Below are positions 12,433 through 24,480 of a stretch of 60,478 bases of DNA, in pieces. This DNA is from Chiloscyllium plagiosum (Eukaryota), in NCBI RefSeq assembly GCF_004010195.1, contig NC_057711.1, forward strand, positions 71,257,003-71,317,480. The letters run 5' to 3'. The position numbers and the translations under genes were made by a program. Numbering within the stretch: position 1 is the stretch's first letter; each line of letters starts with the position of its first letter. The notes below the pieces were generated by a model, which saw nothing but the letters and a program-made list of their open reading frames with translations, made no database searches and was not told where the DNA came from.

Positions 12433-14693
12433 TTCTGGATTAGTGGTGATGGAAGAGCACAGCAGTTCAGGCAGCATCCGAGGAGCAGTAAAATCGACGT
12501 TTCGGTAAAAACCCCTTAATCAGGAATAAAGGCAGAGAGCCTGAAGCGTGGAGAGATAAGCTAGAGGAGGGTGGGGGTGGGGAGAAAGTAGCATAGAGTA
12601 CAATAAGTGAGTGGGGGAGGGGATGAAGGTGATAGGTTAGGGAGGAGGGTGGAGCGGATAGATGGGAAGAGAGATAGGCAGGTAGGACAGGTCATGGGGA
12701 CAGTGCTGAGCTGGAAGTTTGGAACTAGGGTGAGGTGGGGGAGGGGGAAATGAGGAAACTGTTGAAGTCCACATTGATGCCCTGGGGTTGAAGTGTTCCG
12801 AGGTGGAAGATGAGGCGTTCTTCCACCAGGTGGCTGGTGGTGAGAGAGTGGCGGTGAAGGAAGCCCAGGACCTCCATGTCCTCAGCAGAGTGGGAGGGGG
12901 AGTTGAAATGTTGGGCCACATGGCGGTGTGGTTGATTGGTGCGGGTGTCCCAGGGATGTTTCCTAAAGCACTCTGCTAGGAGGCGTCCAGTCTCCCCAAT
13001 CTAGAGGAGACCGCATCGGGAGCAACGGATACAATAAATGATATTAGTGGATGTGCAGGTAAAACTTTGATGGATGTGGAAGGCTCCTTTAGGGCCTTGG
13101 ATGGAGGTGAGGGAGAAGGTGTGGGCACAGGGTTTGCAGTTCCTGCGGTGGCAGGGGAAGGTGCCAGGATGGGAGGGTGGGTTGTAGGGGGGGCTGGACC
13201 TGACCAGGTAGTCACAGAGGGANNNNNNNNNNNNNNNNNNNNNNNNNNNNNNNNNNNNNNNNNNNNNNNNNNNNNNNNNNNNNNNNNNNNNNNNNNNNNN
13301 NNNNNNNNNNNNNNNNNNNNNNNNNNNNNNNNNNNNNNNNNNNNNNNNNNNNNNNNNNNNNNNNNNNNNNNNNNNNNNNNNNNNNNNNNNNNNNNNNNNN
13401 NNNNNNNNNNNNNNNNNNNNNNNNNNNNNNNNNNNNNNNNNNNNNNNNNNNNNNNNNNNNNNNNNNNNNNNNNNNNNNNNNNNNNNNNNNNNNNNNNNNN
13501 NNNNNNNNNNNNNNNNNNNNNNNNNNNNNNNNNNNNNNNNNNNNNNNNNNNNNNNNNNNNNNNNNNNNNNNNNNNNNNNNNNNNNNNNNNNNNNNNNNNN
13601 NNNNNNNNNNNNNNNNNNNNNNNNNNNNNNNNNNNNNNNNNNNNNNNNNNNNNNNNNNNNNNNNNNNNNNNNNNNNNNNNNNNNNNNNNNNNNNNNNNNN
13701 NNNNNNNNNNNNNNNNNNNNNNNNNNNNNNNNNNNNNNNNNNNNNNNNNNNNNNNNNNNNNNNNNNNNNNNNNNNNNNNNNNNNNNNNNNNNNNNNNNNN
13801 NNNNNNNNNNNNNNNNNNNNNNNNNNNNNNNNNNNNNNNNNNNNNNNNNNNNNNNNNNNNNNNNNNNNNNNNNNNNNNNNNNNNNNNNNNNNNNNNNNNN
13901 NNNNNNNNNNNNNNNNNNNNNNNNNNNNNNNNNNNNNNNNNNNNNNNNNNNNNNNNNNNNNNNNNNNNNNNNNNNNNNNNNNNGATAGGACAGTGTCGAG
14001 GTCGGTAGAGATGAGTTCAGTGGGGCAGGGGCATGCTGAGACAATGGGTCGGCCAGGGTGGTCAGGCTTGTGGATCTTGGGAAGGAGGTAGAACCGGGCA
14101 GTGCGGGGTTCCCGGACTATGAGGTTGGAAGCTGTGGGTGGGAGATCTCCTGAGGTGATGAGGTTCTGGGAGATGATGGTTTGGTGATGGGGGGTGGGGT
14201 CATGGTCGAGGGGGCAGTAGGAAGAGGTGTCCTCGAGTTGGCGTTTGGCTACAGCGGTGTAGAGTCAGTGCGCCAGACTACCACTGCGCCCCCTTTATAT
14301 GCTGGCTTGATGGTGACGTTGGGATTGGAGCAGAGGGATTGGAGGGCTGCGCGTTGTGAGGGTGAGAGGTTGGAGTGGGGGAGGGGGGTAGACAGGTTGA
14401 GGCGGTTAATGTCCCGGCGGCAGTTGGAAATGAAGAGGTCGAGGGCAGGTAATAGGTCAGCACGGGGAGTCCAGGTGGATGCAGTGTGTTGGAGGTGGGC
14501 GAAGGAGTCCTTGGAAGGTGGGTGGGAGTCCTGATTGTGAAAGTAAGCTCGGAGGCGGAGGCGACGGAAGAAGTGTTCGACGTCACGACTGATCATTCGT
14601 CCTCAGTGAGGGGAAGGTCTGGAGGGATGGTGAAAACCCGGCAGGGCTGGGAGCTGGGATCTGGTGTGGGTGTGGAGCTGGGAGTGGGGGTGC
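12433..14693 (-). mobile_element. Penelope-like retroelement (RT plus GIY-YIG endonuclease), 5'-truncated and inactivated, with target-site duplication
   Basis: NIIYCIRCSRCGLL*IGETGR...VAQHFNSPSHS...EERLIFHLGTLQPQGIN is a GIY-YIG domain with the YIG tyrosine mutated to a stop. FFRRLRLRAYF...NLSPSQRAALQSL...IKPAYKGGAVVV is the PLE RT N-terminal region. TAATTGGT flanks both ends (12426-12433 and 14694-14701). Confidence 0.95.
13223..13983. other. Assembly gap (N run)
   Basis: Run of n, inside the Penelope RT region. Confidence 1.
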
Positions 14694-15666
14694 TAATTGG
14701 TGATTTTTCTGGTTCGCTCAAGTTCCAAAGAGCTTTAACTTATATAGAATGCCTAGTTTTTTTTATATACATAACCAATAATTAGAAAGTTGTAGGCAGA
14801 TGTCACTTGGCTTACAAGGTTAAATTGCTTGTCTAGTAAAAGTATTCAGTGTACTGCAGACTAACATAAAGACTGATGCTTAGGGTTTAGTAATGATGTC
14901 AGCTACATGGTTACCGAGTGAGAGCTGGAGGTGTAGCAGCTCTCACCCAGGATGGAGATAACAGCCCAGATCGTCCAATGGGATTGCAGTCATTGCAGCA
15001 GCTTTGACAGTAGATCACATCAGGGTCTTACAGAAGTTTGGACGCTTATGACCCTGCAAAATATGCATAGGACATGAAATTTCCAATATCTGGAAACCTC
15101 TAAAATCATCCCCGAATCTGTTGGAATTGGAAATTTTGAATGGTTGCAACATACTTACCTCAATAGTAGCTCAGGAAAAGTTAGAGGAATTGAAATCCAT
15201 TCTAAATCCTGTGTAACAATTAAACTGACCAACCTCAACTGGACCCAAACCTTTCCCCGTCCTCTCACAGTACTTCGACTTGACACTCACCTCACCATCC
15301 CCTGACCTGATTCTCCTCTTAACCAGTCAAGGGCGCTGTACACCTCTGACCCCTGATCCAATATCCAACTATCCACCCCCGACCTTTCCCTCCCCAGCCC
15401 TCTGGGTCCACATCTGATTCTTCCACCTGAACCAAGTCTTCACTGACATCTTGACACCCATGGATTCATTACGGTAACTCTCCAGCTCTACCACCCACAA
15501 CCCCCATATTCCCCTGACCTGATCCCTTATTCTCTGTCAATTCTCTCCAACATCTGACACAGATACCAGATACCCCATCTCACATCTGGCCTGATATAAC
15601 TGGCTGTATTGTAATGACACCCCGCTTATATCTACCTTGATATCCCCCAAGTTCTCCCCTGACCAT

Positions 15667-16311
15667 TGGGGTTCTGGTACATAATTGTTTCAAGTTTGCA
15701 TCACATATAGACAAGGTGGTTAAGAAAGCATGTAGCATGCTTGCCTTCATTGCTCAGACCTTTGAGGTTAAAAGTTGGGATGTTATGTTGAGGTTGTACA
15801 GGATATTGGTGAGGCCTTTTCTGGACTACTGTATGCAGTTCTGGCTGCCCTGTTATAGGAAGGATATTATTAAGCTGGAGAAGGTTCAGAAAAGATTTGC
15901 TAGGATTTTCCAGGAATAGAGAGTTTGAGTTATAAGGAGAGGCTGGATGGGCTGAGACTTTTTTCAATGTGGCATTGGAGGTTGAGGGGTGATCTTTTAG
16001 AGATTTATAAAATCACAAAGGGTATAGATAAGGTGAATGGCAAGTGGCTTTTCTCTAGGATGGGGGATTTCAACATTCAGGGGCATATTTTTAAAGTGAG
16101 GGGAGAGAGATTTAAAAAAGCTATGAGAGTGGTTCGTGTGTAGAATTAACTTCCAAAGGAAGTGGTGAATGCAGGTAAAGTTACAATGTTTGAAAGATAT
16201 TTAAATAAGTACATGAAAAAGAAACATTTGGAAGGATATGGGCCAAGTACAGGCGGGTGGTGCTAGTTTAGTTTGGGATTATGGTTGGCCTCAAGGGTCT
16301 GTTTCCATGCT
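15667..16311 (+). mobile_element. CR1 LINE 3' fragment (diverged subfamily)
   Basis: LYRILVRPFLDYCMQFWLPCYRKDIIKLEKVQKRF and MSYKERL...RLRGDL. Confidence 0.92.
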
Positions 16312-16314
16312 TTT

Positions 16315-18687
16315 AGTAGATCAGGGGAAATTGGATCATGTCATAGAGTCATACAGAGTTTGACCACCAATACATGGCAAAATGGTGGCAAAAGGGAAGG
16401 CTCAAAGAAGCATCAGAATTAGTAACTGAAGTGAATTTTGTGGTTAAGGAGAACGGAACTTCATTTTTTTGAAAAGTCACCAGGATGCTGGGGACATTGC
16501 AAGGCCAGCAATAAATTGGAAAACAGAAATAGAGACAAGACACAATGAGCAACCGCCTGAAGGATTAGAAACAGTAACAGATAAAGGAACAGCTCCAGAG
16601 CTCAGGAGAAGCATAGAAACCAGCCTGTTAATCCCAGGAGCATCCCAAGCAATAGAGAGATCACACCAGGCCCAGGAATTGGAAGAGTTGAAAGAAAAGG
16701 TTCACCAAGTACTGAAATATTTAAAGATTAGATAAGAAAGGCCAGATGGACCAGGTCAGTACATCGCTTCATGGGGCGGAAACCAGCACTCATGACATAT
16801 TAACAAGACAGGGTATTGATGAGAATGCAGCATTGTGTGAAGACATATTATGAGTGTTCAGCACTTATTTTGTTGTTCATTAAAATATAATTTATTGGGT
16901 GCTCAAAAAGATGGAAAAGACCATCTTTGAGTCGCATGAAGAAAGATGATAGGATGTTGTGTGATATTGATAAGTGAATGGCTAATTTTGAAATTATTCT
17001 TTGCAAGTCAGCCATAAAGAAAATTTTGTCTATTTTCCATTTCACGGTGATTTTGATTGCTTCCAACAAAGAGACTGTGAGACTTCCTATCTTTTTAGCT
17101 ACAAGGCAGAGATGACTAGAGGTTTTCTCAGCAATGACCCTCACAACATGTACATTTGCTCATTAGCACACACACAGCATGGCTGAAACTTGTATTTAAT
17201 TCGTGTTCCATTTGGAAGTGGAAAATATAAACATGTGTCTCATTTAGATTGCTTTCTTTTCTACCATCATATTCACACTTTCTGATAACTCACAAGAGAT
17301 TACAGTTCAGTTTGCATTATATTTCTCCTCTTTGAAATTTGCTTGGAGATTCCTTGACAACCATCAGGTATGAACTTCCAGGGTCCCCTTTGAGGCTAGT
17401 GTAGCCCACACAAATTTTCCAGGCGATCATTGAAATACAATGCTCAGAATTTACATTATCACTCATTTTTAAAAGGTTTTTTTTGTAAAAGCACCTGTTG
17501 TAATTAAAATGTCAATATATCTGTAGGTATTATTAATGTAAAACATAAAATGATTGCTCACTGCATTTCTTCGGCTGCCAAGAGTAAAAGAAACTGCGGT
17601 TGCCCTTTTTTTTCCATCAAGGACATGGAAACGACTGGGAATGGATTTGTTCAAGTTCAAAGGAAAAATCTTCATTTTTGTCATTGACAATTACCCAAGA
17701 TGGATTGAAGTCAACCGTCTGCACAGTATCACAGCAGCAGCAGTAATAGAATCACTCAAGAGAATCTACTGAACACATGATTTCCAGATATCAACAATGC
17801 TCCACAGTTTGCAAATGAGCAGTTAATGAGATTTGCAAACGAATATGATTTCATTCATGTTACCAGTTCACCCCACCATCCTCAAGCAAATGAAAGCTGA
17901 GAGAAAACAAAGATCTAAATTTTGTGCTAGTAAGTTATCAATGACAGAGTAATTGATAAGAGGAGACTGAGAATGCAGATTCCACATCTGTCTCATATGT
18001 TAAAACTGAACATTAGTGAGAATGACCACCACAGAGTGAAAGTGCATAAAGGGACAACTGGCTTAAATGTCAATAAAACATACAGAGCACAAGAGATACC
18101 ATAGTTGTTGACTGGCACAAGAGTATAGATAAGGGTCCAACAGAGAGAAGGAATGATCATAGCAAAAATACCACGACTGGGAATGTATATGTTTCAAACA
18201 GACTATGGGATTAAATAGTGAAATTTTAATGTACTGATATAAAAGAACAAAAAACATAGAAATTTGGATTTATGACTCAGAAGTAGAAGAAGATAAAAGC
18301 TCTACAATAACCTCGTGGGGTGGGGAGAAGCAAAGGGAATTACTAACTGACAGAAAAGAGAATGTGAACCCGATCAAGGAGATTAGTTGAAACATCACAA
18401 AGACTAATACTGTAGTCTGAGACTTTGAGGGAAGGTGTTTGTAAGATAAATGTAATAGGGATCAAGATTTAGTGGCCAACTATGGAGGAAAAATGGGCAT
18501 ACCATCAGAAGCATATATAATGTCATTCTTGCATGACAGAGAAGTGGAAGGGAACAGAAGCTCTTTCTTCATGTGAAGATAATATCTGTATATGTCAAAT
18601 GTAAATAGAGTTCTTTCAGAAAGTTACAAGGAGTGAAGCAGTATTACTTTGGGACATTAAGCAGAGTTAGACCCCAAACACACAACA
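16315..18687 (+). mobile_element. Decayed Gypsy/Ty3 LTR retrotransposon (5' LTR remnant, gag relic, integrase relic, PPT, 3' LTR)
   Basis: Integrase FPSRTWKRLGMDLFKFKGKIFIFVIDNYPRWIEV (17554-17772), then NAPQFANEQLMRFANEYDFIHVTSSPHHPQAN. Gag-like LDKKGQMDQVSTSL...DILTRQGIDE at ~16725-16845. PBS-like TGGTGGCA at 16383. Purine tract GAGGGAAGG precedes TGT at 18436. The ~16850-17550 interval is unassigned. Confidence 0.8.
18436..18687 (+). repeat. Putative 3' LTR of the Gypsy relic
   Basis: Starts TG right after the PPT and ends CA. Its end (CAGAGTTAGACCCCAAACACACAACA) resembles CAGAGTTTGACCACCAATACATGGCA just before the PBS at 16354-16379. Confidence 0.55.
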
Positions 18688-18699
18688 AAAAGAGTACAA

Positions 18700-21600
18700 G
18701 TAAGATTTGAAAGAGCTTGTTTGTTGATTATCTCATCTCAAAAGTTCTAATCAGTATTGGAGTTTAAAGTTTCTACCTAAGCCTCTATTTTCAGTTTACC
18801 TGAAAAATTGACCTTAAAGTATTATACACCAACTAAATTTACAAATACTTGTCAATTGCTTTTGTTTTTGGTACTAGAAACAGCATTTTCATTCTATCGC
18901 CATTTTATTTTTGCACAGTTTGTCTGTAATAAAGTTGACGCATGTTAACAATGAGTACTCCTAGCTCATAATTTTGATAAATTTAACTGCAAAAAAGCAT
19001 TTTTTAGATGAGAGCACAATTTATTTTAACTGAGACAATGAAGGACATGCAGTGCAATAAGTGTTGTGGTCCACAAAAAAAATTAGTGCACATAGCAGTT
19101 TTTTTTCTTACATCTCTAGCAATCTGCAAAAGGCCCTTAGGAGAATCCTTCTGTGTTGTGTGTTGTTTTGTACTGCAGAGCACTCAGGCAATAACCTATC
19201 ATCATTATACAGGGGTCTGTTCACAAGCTCCTTCAGAAAGATGCTCTGAATCTTACAGCTCCATCAACTCAGTAATCTATTCCAATCAACTGTGATGGAT
19301 TTGACATGCCAATCGTAGTTAAGTCCACATGTGTGCGATTGTGGACTGAGCCAGAGTTGCAAGCAGCATTTATTTGGCCAGAAATATCGAAGATATAAGT
19401 TTTTCCCTTTCCTCAAGAGAAGACCCGAAATGTAGTTTTTAAGACATGTTTTTCCCGGAGACTGCTGTCTATCCTTTCATGGCCAAAAATTAAATAACAA
19501 AGCAAACCCTTACTTTATCCTGCTTGTTCCAACATGATTAATGACAGGGGCATGATAACGATATAAATATTTGCAGTTTACGACAAAGAAATAGTAGTGT
19601 CTGACAAGTCTTGTTGTTAACGAGATTAAATGTGGTCTCTTCCATGTCCTCACTAAACAATAAAAACATGGGCTGTGGAATAGAGTAAGTCATGCTAGAA
19701 TTGTAACGGGTATTGTGTGACATGTATGCTTTGATAACTGTTTCATCTCAGAAAAAAGCATGATTTTTTTGACAGTCATTTTAAACCTGCATTTAACCAC
19801 TATTGCTGAACTTCAAGTCTCTGTTACCTGCAGTCTCCTTTCACGTAAACAGTCTGTCTCCTCCCCTGAGAAAAACACACTAATTTACTAAACATCGCAC
19901 TGACCCAGGATTTTCTCATAGGATATGTTCCGGAATTTACTAGAAATTCAAAAGCTTGTGGAAAATAATGCCTCCATTTGGCTGATTTCATACCAGTGGA
20001 TTCCAGCAGCTGCATGATAATTCATAAGCAAAGAAGTCTCTTTGTTTTTGCAGAAATCCTTTTTTTTTCCGTTCGTTGAGAAATGTGAACTTTTGCTGGA
20101 ACATTGTTTAATGTCACACTCTGTGCAAAAAAAAAACCTGGAAAGTGATGAAAGCCTGTGCTACGTGAAAACAGATGCTGCCTAGGGAATGTGCTTTAAT
20201 TGTTTCCAAATGCAGTTCATGTCTGTGAAAATCATCATCTTTTGTTAGCCAGGTTTTTTTTAAAGTACAGGAAAACTAATCTTTACGGAACAGTAATGTT
20301 AGCCTTGGATATTATCGCCTTTGCCTTGCCATGGCTTTCCTATTATGTATTTTAAAAATTCAGTACATGTCCTTTCATTAAAGTATTTCATTTTTTTTTA
20401 CCTGAATAATAGCTGGTTCATTAAATCGTTTAACTTCCTTTGACCTTTTCTCCTACTCTAAACGTGATAATACTGAGACTTAATTAGAAAGACCTGGATC
20501 TGAGAGCTGGCAATCTCCGATCATACTGGAAACTCATTTTATTGCAACAAGAAAGCTCGAAATGTTTCTACTTTCCTCAGCTCCCTAATGCATTCCACAA
20601 TTGGTGTGTTCCTTATCTTTCAACAACTCAGCTGTCTACTATGCCTCAGTGGTGAGGTTTAAATGAGAAAACAACAGAGACTAATCCTGTCTCCCTACTT
20701 TGCCTTAAGCTGATCTAGGCAGCTTGTAAGAATAGTATTTGTTAAGAGTCTGAAAGGCATCTGTCATTTTCTTCTGGTCTCTAGTCCATTATATTTCATC
20801 CCTTTGCAATTTAAAATAAGGCAGCAAAAAAAAACACATGGAAATATCTCTGTTTCCTGCAGGGAGACTTCACATTTCACAGGAAGAAAATAACTGGGAT
20901 TTTACTGTGTTATTTAAATAGCTCTTCTCTGTTGGAATCTTGCCATCTTGTTAATGAGTTTCAGAGCTGCATGTCTTATCCTCCCATCTCTAATGGCACC
21001 ATTTACCAGGAAGATAATTTGTGCTGTTTTGATTAGCTTTTCCTTGCCATTACGCTGGAAAGTATGCAAAAAAATGCACAACTTTGATCAGCTGTCCAGG
21101 ACTACGAGGTCACTTCTCTCCACGATTTATGGAAAACTAATGGCCAAATACATTTTACCCTTGACCAGGTAATTCCTTTTATGTCCTCATGTGTCACTAT
21201 CTGTTGAAAACAAAACAAAAAAAACTCCATCTTGAATAAGTGTTTGACATCAATTAAAAAAAACCGCTGAAGGCTGCATAGCATATTTGTAGCTAGCTTT
21301 TGATGTCCATATTCATTTTGAAAAGATATTTCTGACAATGCTAGAATCAGATTCCAACCAGTCGCACACCTGCTATAATAGTATGCAGACATCTGTGTCA
21401 CATATGTTATATTTGATTCCTTGATTTTATTTATCTTTTCATGTACTTTACCTGTAAAAATATGATGAATTGATTATGGGTGTCTACACGTTTTTTTTAA
21501 ATCTCCATAAGCCAATTTATAAAATATGCAAATTAAGGGAAGGAAAACAATAATTACATTGCAAAGATTGAATTGTTTCTCCCAAATAAAATAGAAGCTA

Positions 21601-22600
21601 TTCCCCAGATTGTTAGAAGGACTTCAGCTTTGGCATTTCATTTAATCTTATTTCCCACAAAATCAATAAACAATAACATAAGCGAGCTGGTGATTTGGTA
21701 GTGCACCACTGTTCAATTGCAGTGTTTTCGTAAAGTGTCATTTTGAGCACACAAAGAAAGCAAGAAAATGGAATTGGTGCCTTTCATGGCTTTGTTCAGT
21801 TAATGTGTATTCTTAAAATGTAATTGTGCTACGTGCAGAAAGCAAATGGTTGTATCATTAAATTTGCATGACTTCCATTTTGGATTGATTTATATGTGGC
21901 CTGTGGAGGTCCTTCTCTTAATGGAAAAGAATTGAAGGGTATTTGCCATTGCCTGGGACTGCTTGTAAACTCTGCATGGTTCTGTGTGCTGTGGAGGTTT
22001 CTGATTGGTCAGTACATCACAAACACCGAGGGGTTTGAGTCAATTGTGTTTGCGGAGCAGGATTTATCTTCTCGCCAGCTTGTAACCCAATGCTCTCTGC
22101 CACTGAAGGTCAATGCTACAGTGTGACAGACAAAAGGAGTGAGGTATAGCAGAGGTTGGCCTGCTGGGGGTCAGCTGTGACAGACTTGCCCTCTAAACCT
22201 TAGTAGCACCTTGTCACTTTGGCAGCTCCTTTTGAAAATGGTTGCTCTTTTGAGAATTCCAGGACGTCATTGCTTGTTGTCAAATCGTAATGAAAATTCT
22301 TCCCTGTGGCCTCTGACCTATTCCCTAGACAGTTTCAGCTTTTTGAATTCATAACAGCATGAGCAAGGGGAGGCATCTCGTCAAATGAGGTTTCAGGGCG
22401 ATGTTTTTATTGAAGATGAATATAGATGGTGGGAAACGGAAGACAAACAGGATAATTCTACCCTTGCTGTTGCTCTGGTTCATTTGTGTATTAGTTGCAC
22501 AAGAGGTTTGGGCTGCTTGTCTGCTTCTGGGTAAGCTGTTTCTAGTATTTACAGTGCCTTTGGGCACAGGCGAGGTAACAAGAAGGCTGGCATAATGATG
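18700..22600. promoter_or_regulatory. Repeat-free island, candidate cluster of conserved non-coding or enhancer elements
   Basis: No recognisable TE for ~3.9 kb in a TE-saturated window. Contains octamer, Sox/Fox, Pbx-Hox-like and posterior-Hox motifs. Function is inference only. Confidence 0.35.
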
Positions 22601-23414
22601 TGTGCAAAATGCTTTCTAACTGTCATATCTTTTTGCCAGAGGCAGACTGCCGACGTGCTGGGAGCCTAATTTGGTCATTTAAGTGGACAATTAAGGGCCT
22701 CTTTTTGTTGATGTTAGCATTAAGCCAGTGGGGTTGAAACCTGGCAATCTTCCAGCTGGCTACAATATACAGTTCACCCTATGGACTCTCTGAGCCACTC
22801 AAGAACCCCTACGGCAAAGGCACGCCCTCTGTCAGAAGCAACTCCTTCCATGGCTTTCTTCATTCACTCACAGGATGTTGACATTACTACTTGGACCAGT
22901 GTTTATTGACCGTTCCTAGCTGATCTTGGATAAAACTCAATGACCGGCAAGCGCATTTCAAACCAAAAATTCCAAAAATAAAAGACAAATAGTGATAGTC
23001 TCAACAGAAGAAATGACTATACAACATACATACACATAGATTAGAAATGAGAAGTGCAAAAAAAATTAAAAGATATACTAGCCAGCTGGTGAAGAGTAGA
23101 TAGTTACAAGTTACAGCCCTCACAATGGATGTTCCTGGCAGCATTGAACTTGGTAGTTGAACAGTCAATTGCAAAATTCCCGGCTTTGCAAGTTGATTGA
23201 AATTCCCTTATCCTGATGCTTTTTTACAATGGTTGATTGGCTGCATTCAGAGTGAGAAGGTTGCTTTTCCTTTTCAGTAATTGTGCTGCAGGGGTGTTTA
23301 ATGGCTGTTTTCAGAGCTGTGACCTTTGCTGCACACTATTTCACACACTAGAACATCAGGCTGCTAACACACACAAACCAGAATTGAAGCTCACTTCTAG
23401 GAAAGATGGTGTTA

Positions 23415-23725
23415 TCGTGGTTATGTGATTGTGCTAATAAAACCAGGACCCTAGAATGTTACTCTGAGGGCAAGGATTTGAATCCACATGACAGAGGATG
23501 AAATTTAAATTCAATAAAAATTTAGAAGGGAAGGCTCGTCTAAAGATGACCATGCAACCACTGCCAATTTTCATTTCAAACTAATGACCATTAAGGAAAG
23601 AAATCTGCCATCCTTACTTGGTCTTGCCTAGATTTGACTCCAGACCCACTGCACTGTGGTTGACTCACTGCCTTCTTGCAATTAAGCATAGGCAATTAAT
23701 CTTGGCCTAGCCAGAGACACTGCAA
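23415..23725 (+). mobile_element. tRNA-derived SINE family 2 (possibly SacSINE1-like), with LINE-B-derived tail
   Basis: AAGGAAAGAAATCTGCCATCCTTAC.TGGTC...GACTCCAGACCCAC core shared with the copies at 38835 and 49577. Confidence 0.75.
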
Positions 23726-24141
23726 TTGAACTAGGAATAAAAGCAACCTTGTCCTTGTATATTGTTGACAGGAGTAAACACAAATACAACCCAGAATGCT
23801 GTCTTTTCTCCCATTGTGTTCACGGTCTGAGAATTACAGGTTAATTTGTAGTGCATTTCTCCCACTTTAAGTCCATTCCTTCGATGGTTCCTTAATGCCA
23901 TGTCAGGTGTGACGTTCTAGACTGTCTCACCAACTGGCCACTGAATTTACCACTGAGTCAACTTTTGGCTGTGTGGCTCCTTCCTTACCTATCCAATCAT
24001 AATCAGAAAAACTCCATCAGTAACCTTTTTCACAATCAGACATCTCAGGTGAAATACTGTCTCCTCCTCTATAGTGAGTAGAACTCCTCTGGATGAGGGC
24101 AGGCGTGCATTCTGCTATTTTTCTACCTTCAATCTATTTAT

Positions 24142-24480
24142 ATAGAATCATAGAATCCCCACAGTGTGGAAATAGGCCATTCGGCCCAACAACTTCACAC
24201 TGACCCTAGGAAGAGCGCCCGACCCAGACCATCTCTGTAATCCTGCATTTTCAGTGGCTAATGCAGCTAACCTACACATCCCTGAACACTAAGGGCATTT
24301 TAGCATGACCAATCCAGCTTACTTGCACATTTTTGTACTATGAAAGGAAACCGGAGTACCCAGCAGAAACCCACACATGCATGGAGAGAATGTGCGAACT
24401 CCACACAGACAGTCGCCCGAGGATGGAATCGAACCTGGGTCCCTAGCGCCGTGAGGCAGCAGTGCTAACCACTGAGCCTC
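24142..24480 (-). mobile_element. HE1-like V-SINE
   Basis: Reverse complement has A box GGCTCAGTGGTTAGCAC, B box GGTTCGATTCC, the V-domain and a (GATTCTAT)n tail. Confidence 0.92.

Noticed and set aside
15230-15660. C-rich, quasi-repetitive stretch (similar skewed tracts at 6900-7330 and 8190-8460)
   Set aside because: Low-complexity decayed repeat interior with no ORF, regular period or assignable function.
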